This document shows, in pieces, positions 1-12,343 of a DNA stretch of 64,000 nucleotides. Below the pieces are notes generated by a model. It saw only the letters and a list, made by a program, of their open reading frames with translations. It searched no databases and was not told where the DNA came from. Origin of the DNA: Octopus bimaculoides. Taxonomy: Eukaryota. Numbering within the stretch: position 1 is the stretch's first letter; the number at the start of each line of letters is the position of its first letter. The translations under genes and the position numbers were made by a program. The DNA lies in the NCBI RefSeq assembly GCF_001194135.2, contig NC_068988.1, positions 42,655,467 to 42,719,466 of the forward strand, written 5' to 3'.

Positions 1-1235
1 AGCTACTCTCCTCAATGGGGGAAGTATTGCTCATTTCATGTTCAAGCTCCCTCTAAACCTTGCAATAAAAGAATCTCAAATGTGCAACATTTCCCAAAAC
101 TCTGCAATGGCAACAGTTCTCCAATAAGCTTGCCTCATTGTTTGAGATGAGTGCACTGTCACATCGTGGAGCCTCAGAGGTATTTGACCTACCCTCCAAG
201 ACATAAAAAACAATAGCACGTACATGGAAGGAGTAACAGTCTTCTTGCAGGAGATTTTCTTCAAACGTTGCCAGTTGTTCCCATAGGATCAAAAGCTGAT
301 GATGTCAATGCATGCTTAAAAAAATCGAACCTTTGGAGACGTGTGAAAAAACTTCATCCCACGAGCAACACGACAGTACTTCTACAAGGTGATCATACAA
401 GCTTCTTAAGACTTCAGCTACATGAAAATTCATGCGGTCAAATGATACTTTCTCTTAGGGATCTTATAGATAACGTATTTCCTAATTGATCTGTGAATTA
501 CATTGATGTAAGCTAGCTACGTGAAAGAGCTATGCTACCTCCAACTATAAAATGGTTGATAAACTTAATCATAAACTTCTTCAAAAGTTATCAGTACATC
601 AGAAATGACTTTTCGATCAATTGACAACAGTCGATCAAGATCACGTTGAATCTCTGAGCACACTTAAACCCAATGAGATGCTGCCGCATAACTTGACACT
701 AAAATTGCTTAGGAATCTTGACCCATCTCACCTGTGTAATGGAACTCGCTTAATTGTTACTTCCATGAAGCCCCATGACCTACTGGCAAAATCATAACAG
801 GTATTCATAAAAGAGAAAATCCCTCTCTTTATTCCAAAAATCTCTCTCATACCTACAGATGTTCCATTTGAATTTAAGACGTTTCAGTTTCCAGTCAAAC
901 TAAGGTTTGGTATTTCAATTAATAAATCTCGGGACCAATGCTTCAAGGCAGTTGAACTTGATCTCTCTACTACATGCTTCTCCTACGGCCAACTCTATGC
1001 TGCTTTCTCGCGAGTTGGAAGCAGCAACAATATATTCATTTCGACACCAACAAAGATTTACACAATGAATATTGTTTACCCTGAGGTGCTTCAACATTGA
1101 CAGATTTTTAGTTCGAAATTCTATTATCATTACAATTTGGATATTTTAAAATGATTATGAGAATATATCTTTATATTTATAATTTACTAATCTGAATAAG
1201 AATAGCAGTAACCCGGGCAACGCCGGGTCATTCAG
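1..1235 (+). mobile_element. Helitron 3' remnant: decayed PIF1-type helicase plus 3' hairpin
   Basis: Broken frames read PVVPIGSKADDVNACLKKSNLW and FQFPVKLRFGISINKSRDQ...CFSYGQLYAAFSRVG...NIVYPEVL, the Helitron helicase C-terminal motifs, with stops and frameshifts. Hairpin ACCCGG-gcaacg-CCGGGT at 1211-1228. Confidence 0.9.
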
Positions 1236-1236
1236 G

Positions 1237-1293
<57 letters not shown>

Positions 1294-1329
1294 CATACAT
1301 AGATACATACACACACTCACATAAATGGT

Positions 1330-1989
1330 AATTTCTGTCTGTTACCATCTTGTGCCTACATCAGTGAACCAATCTGGACGAAACTTTGCATACATGTTAA
1401 ACTAACATCCAGTTGATTTATAGGCTAGTTGGATTTCAAATCTATTTGTAAATCTGTCTATTGATCTAATTTATTTTACTTGGATGCATATTCGTTTGTT
1501 AAAATAATATAGGGATATCCCTTATTCACCCACTAATCGAATTAATAGTTTGTAATGCCTATTTTTAGCAATAAACTATTACCATAACGACGGGTTGGGC
1601 ATAAAGACGGGAACTGAACAGGAAACGGGATAGGACATAGAACAGTGTATTGGTAAATGGAAACTGAGAATAACCCCCGCTTTCCCGGTATTACCGGTCA
1701 ACTCATTTATTTTATTCAGATGTGTATTCGTTTGTTAAAATAATATAGGGACATTCCTTATTCACCCACTAATCCTATTAATAGTTTGTGATAGACTATT
1801 ACCATATAGGTTAATAAAATATTAAATGGCTTAATTACACCTAACTGACATAGGATTGGGAATAAGAATGGAAGCGGAACTAAAATGGGAAATGAACAGG
1901 GAACATGATAGGTCATGAAACAGTGTAATGGGGACGGGAACTGGAAATAACCCCCGCTTTTCCGGATATTACCGGGTAATTCAGCTAGT
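1330..1989 (+). mobile_element. Non-autonomous Helitron/Helentron-like element with internal ~236-bp tandem duplication
   Basis: Units start tattcgtttgttaaaataatatagg at 1489 and 1725. The element ends in a ccgg..ccgg hairpin followed by ttcagCTAG|T (1985-1989). Confidence 0.6.
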
Positions 1990-2015
1990 ATATATATATA
2001 TATATAACATATATA

Positions 2016-2180
2016 TTTGACTGCGGCCATCCTGGAGTACCGCCTTTAGTCGAACAAATCGATCCATTCAGAAAGTTTTGGTCGACCCGAGGTTATAGTA
2101 GAAGACACTTGCCAAGGTGTCAGTGGGACTGAACCCGGGACCATGTGGTCGGGAAACAAGCTTCTTACCATACAGACACA
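2016..2180 (-). mobile_element. tRNA-derived SINE family A, partial
   Basis: Reverse complement of the head/tail blocks seen full length at 15645-16035. Confidence 0.75.
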
Positions 2181-2664
2181 TAATTAATGGATCAACAACA
2201 GTTAATAAATTAATATTCCTTTANNNNNNNNNNNNNNNNNNNNNNNNNNNNNNNNNNNNNNNNNNNNNNNNNNNNNNNNNNNNNNNNNNNNNNNNNNNNN
2301 NNNNNNNNNNNNNNNNNNNNNNNNNNNNNNNNNNNNNNNNNNNNNNNNNNNNNNNNNNNNNNNNNNNNNNNNNNNNNNNNNNNNNNNNNNNNNNNNNNNN
2401 NNNNNNNNNNNNNNNNNNNNNNNNNNNNNNNNNNNNNNNNNNNNNNNNNNNNNNNNNNNNNNNNNNNNNNNNNNNNNNNNNNNNNNNNNNNNNNNNNNNN
2501 NNNNNNNNNNNNNNNNNNNNNNNNNNNNNNNNNNNNNNNNNNNNNNNNNNNNNNNNNNNNNNNNNNNNNNNNNNNNNNNNNNNNNNNNNNNNNNNNNNNN
2601 NNNNNNNNNNNNNNNNNNNNNNNNNNNNNNNNNNNNNNNNNNNNNNNNNNNNNNNNNNNNNNNN

Positions 2665-2697
<33 letters not shown>

Positions 2698-3162
2698 ATT
2701 AGTTTGCATAAATATCTCCATGTACTCCGACTTTAAATGTAATCTTTTAAAAGATTTCGAAGAGCGAAAACTAAACTTAAAGATTAAATAGAAATTGGTA
2801 ATCTAGCTACATAACCCATTATTTTACAGTTGCATTATAAAGTTTTATCTGGAAAACTTGCGACTTGTCACGACCAGCAATTAAGGCCGATTGTAGAAAG
2901 CCTCAATTTAAAAAGGTGTAAGACTAAAAGCTAAATGAAGGACAAAGTATGAAATCTAGTAATCACCTGAATCTCACGTCTACTATCTCAATTAACAGGA
3001 ACCAGAGAGAACAGGTGGTTAAGAAGATAGGAGAGAATATTTTAGGAGACCATCTGTTGAAACGATTAGTCAACAGCATATTACAAGGAAACAGTTAATG
3101 TTGAAGTAATTCGTCAAAAGCGGATGTTGCAGAAAAATCCGGTTACATACGAATGAGACCGA

Positions 3163-3245
3163 ACCGGAAGTGACGATTGAAGCAACTTGTGTTGGACAGG
3201 CACGGCTCTTATAAAGACCTTTATTTACATGCATGAATCACTTAC
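3163..3245 (+). promoter_or_regulatory. Candidate core promoter: ETS site, TATA box, Inr-like element
   Basis: ACCGGAAGTG at 3163-3172 overlapping TGACG, TATAAAG at 3210-3216, and TCACTT with its A at 3240 (30 nt after the TATA start), in locally CpG-retaining unique sequence. Motif-based only. Confidence 0.4.
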
Positions 3246-3388
3246 TCATTCTCTTTTACCGTTTTCGCTTGTTTTTCATCCTATGTTGTTTTGTGTGTCA
3301 CATGCTTGCTTGACATATTCGAGGAATCAGTCAACAGTAACTTCAGACAGCATTTTTACTCAATGGACGAGCCACTGTTTATCTCCAG
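3240..3388 (+). other. Candidate first exon of the small-ORF/C9orf72 unit
   Basis: Unique sequence after the candidate promoter, ending at donor CAG|GTACGG (3388/3389). ATGs at 3283, 3302 and 3363. Confidence 0.35.
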
Positions 3389-5019
3389 GTACGGTTGAAT
3401 TCACATTTTTCTGTCTAATAAACTCAGACCATATTATTTCTTTCTATATAATTCATTAGCATGTCTCTCTCATTCTTTCTGTTTACGTTTCACCCGCTCA
3501 CTCAGTTACAACCGTGACTTCATTCGCTCTTATGTTTTTTTGTTTTGTGTTTATTTATCTATATCTCTCATCTCATCTTTTCCGCTCTTTCTCATTACAT
3601 TTTGCTCCTCTCTGTCCCTCGACTTTTCCACTATCATTTTGTCGTTCTATCTCTCATCATTCAACGTCATTCTTTTTTCCTATACATCTCTCTCCTTCCT
3701 ATACATCTCTCTCTATTTTTTCAAAATTTCTCTCCCTGTGATTAACAGTTTTTCATCCCCTTTCTGTCTCTTATCTCTCTCTCAATCTCTATTCTTTTTT
3801 TCTTCTTGTATCTTCTCCACATCTACACTTGAGCTGGTAGAATAACCATGTATGAGTTTCATACATGGTTACTTGACCTGCAAGAAACAGCCACCTAATC
3901 TCCCTCCAGTCACACTATCGTCACTCCAACACACCAAGCAAATAAACTAAGGACACTTTGTATAGTGTTGTGCTTACACGCATTATTTGAACAAAAGTCT
4001 AGACGATCACAGCTGAAATACCTTTGACCATCGCTCTTCCGTACCAAGGTTGACCACGGACTAAACAGCAACTTCCATCCTGTTTATACATCTCCGACTC
4101 TTAATCTCGTTCATGCATGCACACACTTGTTGCATTCTTGAAAAGGATTGTAGTGTCACAATTTTTACGCTAGAGTTTATCTTTATAGTTAGACTTTAGT
4201 ACTATAGCAAAATATATATTATCATACTACACTGTACTACTACATGATTAGTATTTAAGTTAACAACAGCTTTTCAAACTCTGTTTTAAAAGTAATAAGG
4301 CCAATCTCAAACCTCCAAGCGTTGCATGTTTGTGTTTATGTGGCAGTACCTGAAACATTTATGGACACAGTTTCCTTAAATTGAATGATTGTAATTCAGG
4401 TACCAACACTTTTGAGAAGAGGGCAGTTAGTCGATTACTGGAACATTATTTTATCGATCCCGGAGGGATGCAAGGCAAAGTTGACTTGGTCAGGATTTGA
4501 ACTCAGAGTATAAAGGTCTGTAATTAAATACTACAAACTAGTTTGCCCATCACTCTAACATTTCACCAAACCATCACTAAATAATAACATTTGTGTATGT
4601 ATGGTTAAACATTTACATGTGTGTTTGTGTGTATGATTTAAGTATATTCAAGTGTCGAGGTGTTGTTGATATATTTAAAGCAGGGAGTATAAAATACTAG
4701 AAATGGTTAAAGATTAATATTATTATTAGCCATAAACTAATTTCAGCAAGCCTGATTAAGACAACTCCAAGCATGTTTTGATCTTATGAAACCTCCGCAG
4801 TGAATCATAGATTTTCTGGTATTTGCTAAAAGCAGTGATGATAGAATCACCATGTACATGTACAATAATTTAAATTTGAAGTTATACTTGTCTAACCAGT
4901 GACTTGATATGAGACTATGTTAAAATTGAAGCAATTTCATTGGAGAAGTACCATTTTAACAATTTTAAAACATATCAAAATCACTTTTCTTGGTATCTTT
5001 TATCTTGTTATAGTTATTG

Positions 5020-5370
5020 GACTGTGGCCATGCTGGGGCACTGTCTTGAAGAATTTTTATTGAATTGACTGCAGTATTTATTTTTCAAAGTTCAGTATTT
5101 ATGTTATCAGTTTTTTTTGCCAAACTGCTAAGTTACGAGAATGTAACCATACCAACACCAGTTGCCAAGCGGTGGTGGGAGACAAACACAGATGCAATGA
5201 CATACACACATGTATAATAGGCTTCTTTCAGTTTCTTTCTACTAAGTCCACTCACAAGGCTTTGGTAAGCCTAAGACTATAGTAGAAGTCCAAGTCCAAG
5301 GTGTCTTGCAGTGGGACTGAATCTGGAACCATGTGGATAGGAAACAAACTTCTTACCACACAGCCATGCC
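5020..5370 (-). mobile_element. SINE family A, diverged
   Basis: Reverse complement of the family A tail and head, including ccaaggtgtcttgcagtgggactgaatctggaaccatgtgg. Confidence 0.75.
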
Positions 5371-5919
5371 CGTCAATATTTTCTACACATACCTGCTCAA
5401 CTTGATGTCTATAAGAAACTGCCATCCTTTTGTTATTGTATTTGTAGTGTATTTCTGTTGAATCACAGGCTTTTGTTTCAATCAATTTTGAAAATACTGA
5501 AGAATTTTTTAAGATAAAAAAGTCTTGATTGACCATCTGTAACTTTTCTTTTTTTACCTTTTCAAAGCAGTAAAATGTGATTTGAGGTACATTTAGCTGC
5601 TATTTCTAGCAAGTCAAGCAACAGCATAAAAACTCCAGAGTTGGCTTGTAGTAATAAATATTTTGGCCATGATCATCAAGTATAGTATATCTTAATGATT
5701 ATATGTAATTATATATATATTAACATTGTTTTAAGGTCTACTTTTCCATGCTTGCATGATCAGATGGAATTCAATGAGGCAAATTTTCTACAGTTGGATG
5801 TTCTTCCTGTTTGTGAGCAAGCTAATATTTCCCTATAGCTAAACATATCTTTAACAGAAGATAAATGACTCTTGTTTACAACCATCATGTGATATCAAGA
5901 CAAAGACATCCACCCACTT

Positions 5920-6530
5920 GGGTGTCACTCTGAGGACATGTACTAAGAGTGATAAAAATCACATTCACTCAACATCATTATGTTTGGAGTGATCACTCAT
6001 GATGGCAATATTATGCCTCCATTCATCTTCTCATATGGCTTTAAACTCAACACAGAGGCCTACATCAAATGCCTGGAGGTGGTAGTACTGCCCTGGGTCA
6101 AGAATGTGGCTGCTGGGACTCTGCACCATGCCACACAAGCAGGAGGACCCAGTCATGGCTGTCAGACAATTTCTGCGACCACATCACCTCTAACATCTGG
6201 TCACCTAACTCCTCAGACTGCAACTCCCTTAATTATTATGTGTGGGGCGCAGTTGAGCAAGAGACCAACAAAACTCATCGTTGAACTGAAGGCAAGGATT
6301 ATGGCAGCATTCACCAACTTAAACAAGGAGACTATTGAGAAGAGTTGCAGGAGATTCCGAAGTCATCTGGAGGCCGTGGTCGAAGCCAATGGCAATTTTA
6401 TTGAATAAATTTACTCTTTAGTATTTCAAGATATTTTTATGTAATTTGGGTAAATATTTCTGCTAAAATGAGGTCTCAGTGTTATTTTCATTGTTGTGTA
6501 ATTTAGATGACAGTTTATACACCGCACCTT
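5920..6530 (+). mobile_element. Tc1/mariner-superfamily transposase remnant (maT/rosa-like), frameshifted
   Basis: MFGVITHDGNIMPPFIF...DSAPCHTSRRTQSWL...WSPNSSDCNSLNYYVWGAVE...LKARIMAAF...CRRFRSHLEAVVEANG, split across two frames. Confidence 0.85.
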
Positions 6531-6534
6531 GCAT

Positions 6535-6700
6535 ATGGTGTGGCTGTGTGGTAAGTTTGTTCTCCAACCATATAGCTCTGAGTTCAGTCCCACTGTGTGG
6601 TACCTTTCACAAGTGTCTTCTACTATAGCCTTGGGCTGACCAAAGCTTTGTGTGTGGATTTGGTAGATGGAAACTGAAAGGAGCCTGTTGTGTGTGCATA
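6535..6700 (+). mobile_element. SINE family A head
   Basis: ggtgtggctgtgtggtaag...gagttcagtcccactgtgtggtacc...gatttggtagatggaaactgaaag. Confidence 0.75.
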
Positions 6701-6727
6701 CATACATATATACATTTAAAAATTGTT

Positions 6728-7130
6728 GCTTCAAATCGGAGAATAAATGTCATTATGATATATATTATATGCAATTATTATACTATGAGCCTTCCATAGT
6801 AGCTTTCTCTCTGTAACTCGCAAAGTCTTTCGGGTTTGTTTATAAAAATATTATTTATGTAGTATCAAGACAGTTTATATATATATTAACTAAATTTGAC
6901 TGAAATTGATGGGTAAGCGTTTGGCCAATCAGATATACAAGGAGCCATGAAAGCATTGATCTGTGAGTTCGATTTAGCCTGATGTTAGCTCATCATTTTT
7001 CAGTCATTTGTTTATATTTAAAAATTCTCGCTTCAAATCAGAGAATAACTATCACTATGATATACAGTTATTATACTATGAGCCTTCCATAGTAGCTTTC
7101 TCTCTGTAACTTGCAAAGCCTTTCAGGTTT

Positions 7131-7137
<7 letters not shown>
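6728..7137. repeat. Direct repeat of ~110-117 bp, about 300 bp apart
   Basis: gcttcaaatc...tatgagccttccatagtagctttctctctgtaac...gtttgtttata at 6728-6844 and 7030-7137. Confidence 0.85.
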
Positions 7138-7179
<42 letters not shown>

Positions 7180-7180
<1 letters not shown>

Positions 7181-7410
7181 GTGTGTGTGTGTCTGTGTTT
7201 GTACCCCCACTGCTTGACAACCAGTGTTGATGTGTTTCTGTCTCTGTAACTTAGCAGTTCAGCAAAATAGCTTGATAGAATAAGTACCAGACTTTTAAAG
7301 AAAACAAAAAACATAAGGACTGGAGTTGATTAATTTGATTAAAATTCTTCAAGGTGGTGCCCCAGCATGGCTGCTGACTCACAGCTGAAACAAAGAAAAG
7401 ATAAAAGATA
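7180..7410 (+). mobile_element. SINE family A tail
   Basis: gtgtttgtaccccc...gtaacttagcagttcagcaaaa...gaataagtacc...ccagcatggc...gaaacaaag. Confidence 0.75.
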
Positions 7411-7838
7411 GACATAATATATCCAGGCTTTGATGAAACTTGTTCCGGCTATGACCATCCTGTACTGTTTTCAGACATCCTGTATCGAGGACTAGAGATT
7501 TTACTAGTATTGCTAGTGGCTCAAATGACCACTTTAGAAACACTTTGTTGATGTCTACTTCCAATATCAATTAATATAATAAGCAGTGTCTGTATCAGCC
7601 TGCTCTAGTACTTTCACTGTCTGAATTTCAAGAATAAAACTAGCATGACATTTACATAGCTGAGCTATAATACTTCCACTCTGTCTGCATATCTGTGGAA
7701 ACACTAACAAGTTGCTTAGTTCACTGAATACAGAGTAGGAATCTACATAGTTTAAATATCCATTTATAAATTGTATATTTTATTTATTTATTTATTTGTG
7801 TGTATATTTTATTTATTAAATGTTAAAGAGGAACAGGT

Positions 7839-8210
7839 GGAGGTGCAATGGCCCAGTGGTTAGGGCAGCAGAATCGCAGTCATAAGATCACGGTTTCAAT
7901 TCCCAGACTGGGCATTGTGAGTGTTTATTGAGCGAAAACACCTAAAGCTCCACGAGGCTCCGGCAGCAGATGGTAGCGAACCCTGCTGTACTCTTCTACC
8001 ACGACTTTCTCTCACTTTTACTTCCTGTTTCTGTTGTGCCTGTAATTCAAAGGGTCAGCCTTGTCATACTGAATATCCCTGAGAACTACATTAAGGGTAC
8101 ACGTGTCTGTGGAATGCTCAGCCACTTGTACGTTAATTTCACGAGCAGGCTGTTCCGTTGATCGGATCAACTAGAACCCTCGATGTTGTAAGCGACGGAG
8201 TGCCAACAAC
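7839..8210 (+). mobile_element. tRNA-derived SINE family C, full length, 14-bp TSD
   Basis: A box TGGCCCAGTGG, B box GTTTCAATTCCC, AAC tail. TSD aaagaggaacaggt at 7825-7838 and 8214-8227. Confidence 0.9.
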
Positions 8211-8659
8211 ACAAAAGAGGAACAGGTATTTTATTGAATTAATCCCTTTCAGTAGCTTGCCACAAGTAATGAAGTATAAAACTGAACATCACCCATGAGT
8301 TTTCTAGTTTCTGTTTATATCTTTAAGACCATCCTCCTTCTCTTTCAACTGGGGTGGTCATGTATCTTCTCAGAGCAAGATACTTATTCTTGTCCCTGCT
8401 ATCATTCTTAACCTCTTCCCACCTGGCATAAAACCACCTCCTTCAATACTACTCGTCGACCTTGGTTGAGTGATCTTGTCTTGCAAATTACTTGGTAACT
8501 GTGCTAGTGCTGGTATCACGTATAAAACACTCAATACTCTGTAAAGTGGTTAGCGTTAGGAAAGGCACTCAGCCATAGAAACCATGCAAAAGCTGACATT
8601 AGACCTTGGTGTAGTTTTCTGATTTGTTAGCTCCTGTGAAACCATCCAACGCACACTAG

Positions 8660-9000
8660 GTATTGTTTTCAGTTGTGTTTGTTTGTCTATGGACAAGATA
8701 TCACAAAAACCTCTGGATTGATTCGGATGAAACTTTCAGGGATGTTTGGCCTCATGACTGGCAGGAACTGATTAGATTTTAGGATCAATCCAGTACCGGA
8801 AAAGGATTCTGGATTATTTTTCCTGTTTTTTTTTTACTTAATTTTTGAGAGTGGTTGGGTTCATTTTTAGTATCCTTGTTTGTGAGAGTAATCGAGTTTA
8901 TTTTAGATATTCTCATTTTAAAAAATCATTTCCGGCTAATTGTTGAGAGGACATTGGTGTTGCCTTGGCTGTGGTCTGTGCTCTCTGAGTGCTCTTGTTA
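8660..9000 (+). mobile_element. Helentron-associated (HINE/DINE-like) non-autonomous element
   Basis: Starts tgtttgtttgtct...gattcggatgaaactttcaggg and ends ggctgtggtctgtgctctctgagtgctcttgtt. The layout resembles HINE-type elements (recalled consensus). Confidence 0.5.
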
Positions 9001-10149
9001 TTATTATTATCATTATTATTGAGTGAGAGAACAGTGCATGCTATCAAAATGACACTGGAGTACAGATATACAAAGCCCAATATACCCATCATGACAGCCT
9101 GTGTGATAAGGGTGCATCACAACTATATGTGCATGATATGGTGATGTCATATCAAGATAAACAGCGCATGACCTTGCAGGTGGGGCCCAGTTAGAATCTT
9201 CTTCCAGTCAAGTAGCCCATCCCAATATTATTATTTTAATATTATTACCACTTTCATGAAGTTAATTAAATGCTTTCAATTATTCTAGTCATATAGTGAG
9301 GTAAATTTTGCTTTACACTTCATCACTATTCATAAAGGTAATAGCAGTTCACTTGTATAACATTTACTTATATAATTAATTCACTTGGCTTCCATAATGC
9401 ATCATTACCAGGTTACCTTGTAGTATATTTTTTTCCTTTAAGTAATATAGTTTGTGCTATCTGCTGAACTATATGCATGTCTGTAATAAATGTGACGTAA
9501 CATACTGAGGAAATTATATGAAACACTCTTATTAACTGTAACACTTGAGTTATGAGAGCACCAAGTCTAAATTTGGAATGGTTATTATTCTCATTATGTT
9601 CGTCATTTGCCTGTTCTCTTGTTTCATCTTAGCATATCCTGTTTTTCTGTTTTAGTTCCTGCTTATGACAATAACACAGGCATAATAAAGATTTGGTTAC
9701 TATTTTCAGCCAGTTGTATAAACATGTATAGACTCTCTTGTTCATTTCTTGATATATAGATGCTGTCAATACTTTCTTTTGCATTGTCCCACTCGGTGCC
9801 AATGGGTACAAGTAGAAAACATTTCTTGAGGTCTGTCATCAGATAGGAGAGAGGCCCTAATCATGTAGGTAATGGTTTGGGAGGATGTTTTATCTTAGAT
9901 GTACAATAACATATCTTATCCATCTCTGGCTTGATACTTGTGCTTAAGGAGTCCAGAATTTTGTGAGATGTGGCTGCTTGGTAAGAAGTTTGCTTCCTAA
10001 CTACATAATTTTGGCTTCAGTCCCACTCCTTGGCATTAGGGAAAGTGTCTTCTATTATAGCCCCAGGCCAACCAAAGCCTTGTGGTTTTTATTTTGTTGA
10101 TGGAATCTGAAAGAAACCTGTCATATATATATGTGTGTGTGTGTCTTTG

Positions 10150-10690
10150 TGTTACTGTTTCCTTGCCTTGACGTCACTGTCATGTAAAGTGTCTTTTGTT
10201 GTCAATCCTCTGTGAAAACATTTCTGCTCTTGAGGAAATATTACATTACTTGGAAACTTGAAAGTGTAGCTGACAAGAAAGGCATCCAATTGTAGAAAAT
10301 TTGCCTCAACAAATTCTGTCTGAGCCATGTGAGCATTGAAAAAGTCATCATTATTATCATCATCATCATCGTTTAGCGTCTGCTTTCCATGCTGGCATGG
10401 GTTAGACAGTTTGACTGGAACTGGTAAGCCAGAAAACTGCACCAAGTTCCAGTCTGATTTGGCCTGCTTTCTACAGCTGGATGCCCTTTCTAACCCTAAC
10501 CACTCCAAGAGTGTAATGGATGCTTTTTACGTACTACTGGCACAGGTGCTTTTATGTGTCATTGGCATGGATGCTGGTTACATGATACCAGCATTGGCCA
10601 CGACTATGATTTCATTTTGCTTGATGAACCTTCTCAAGCACGGCATATCGCCAAAGGTCTCAGTTGCTTGTCATTGCCTCTGTGCGGCCC
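10150..10690. mobile_element. Two RTE-tail repeat (family D) fragments, tail to tail across an (ATC)n tract
   Basis: + copy ends aaggcatccaattgtagaaa...gagcattgaaaaagtc. - copy begins catcatcgtttagcgtctgctttccatgctggcatggg. Confidence 0.7.
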
Positions 10691-11435
10691 AACTTTTGAA
10701 GATCATGCTTCACCATGTTGTCCCATGTCTTCCTGGGTCTACCTCTTCCACGATGATGATGATGCCTTTGACTACTGACTTCCAGCTGAGCTTCTTACAA
10801 GAGTCAAAATGATTGTTACTGGCAACTGATCTGTTCCAGTCTCTTCTTTCCCTCCCCACACCAACACTAACTCACTTTAACCCCTGTAGTCATAGATAAA
10901 AAAGTAAAACTATTTTTTAATTTTTATTTTTTATTTATACCAAAATACAAGTAAATAACACACATTGAGTAAATTTTTCAAGAATTCAATATTCAATATG
11001 CTTAATTTTTGGCATGGATAATTAAAAATTTGCTAACACTAGATAAAAAAATATCAATTTACTTAGCTCTGTGAAATTTACAAGAAGCCGCAGCCATTCT
11101 GTATGACTTGTGAGCAAACACTGAGTCAGAATCATGTGGTCTCCGTTATTTATGTGTTTTAGAGGTGTCCAATGAATTGGTAACTGTGATTCAAATTAAT
11201 TACAATTTATATTTGTTTTGTAATTTATGCTGAAAATTGTCCAATACATTGAACAAAGTAAAGAACAAGAAAAGGAAGGATTCTATAAAAAAAATAAAAG
11301 ATAATGAGAGCCAAATTGATTTATCTTTGTGGACTTTAGTCTAAATTTGATACTACCCTCTACTTTTAAATCAAAAACACACATCTTGTTCCTTCATTGT
11401 GATACTGGTATACTTGATATACATACATATATATA

Positions 11436-11471
<36 letters not shown>

Positions 11472-12343
11472 TGTATGTATGTATGTATGTATGTATATAT
11501 AAATATANNNNNNNNNNNNNNNNNNNNNNNNNNNNNNNNNNNNNNNNNNNNNNNNNNNNNNNNNNTATATATACACTCAAATGGTGCTATTTACGGGCCA
11601 CTAGCAGGAAGCCAGACAGCTGCTTTGGCAATGAACATGCTCGGACAGTGCTGCTAGTGCTCCACTGGTGCAGGTGCCAGTCATCGAGTATGGTTCAATT
11701 ACGATTTCGATTTCACTTGCCCCAACAGGTCTTCGCAAGTAGAGTTTAGTGTCCAATGAAGGAGAGGTTGGCATGGGTGCCAGTCGTTGGATTCGGTTCG
11801 ATTTCAGATTCCAGATTTCAAATTGCAAATTCACTTACCTCAACAGGTCTTCACAAGCAGAGTTTTTAGTGTCCAATGAAGTAAAGATACGAATAAGTGA
11901 GCTGGCTACACTTCTGGCAGAGCTCACAGATTATGCTCTCACTTGCCTTACCAGGTCTTCTCACGTACTGCATATTTCCAAAGGTCCCGGTCACTGGTCA
12001 NNNNNNNNNNNNNNNNNNNNNNNNNNNNNNNNNNNNNNNNNNNNNNNNNNNNNNNNNNNNNNNNNNNNNNNNNNNNNNNNNNNNNNNNNNNNNNNNNNNN
12101 ATGGAAAGCGGATGTTAAACGATGATGATGATGATGATGTGTGTGTGTGTATGTATATATGTGATGGGGCAGTCTATATAGATGTAATCCCCGTAATTTG
12201 AAACCAGTTGCTAAGTGCCAATGCATGAAACTGAGCCCTTCAGTCACTCTGTCACTTGTGCTGATTATATAATATGTATTTATGTATTATACATATTAAA
12301 TTTCTCATAAATCTCTTTTCTTTCTTCCAGTTCTATCACGTGA

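Noticed and set aside
3514-3845. Three overlapping F/S/L-rich ORFs
   Set aside because: Pyrimidine-rich low-complexity intronic DNA.
7839-7915. tRNA-like A/B box sequences at SINE heads
   Set aside because: They continue into shared SINE bodies with tails and TSDs, so they are not tRNA genes.
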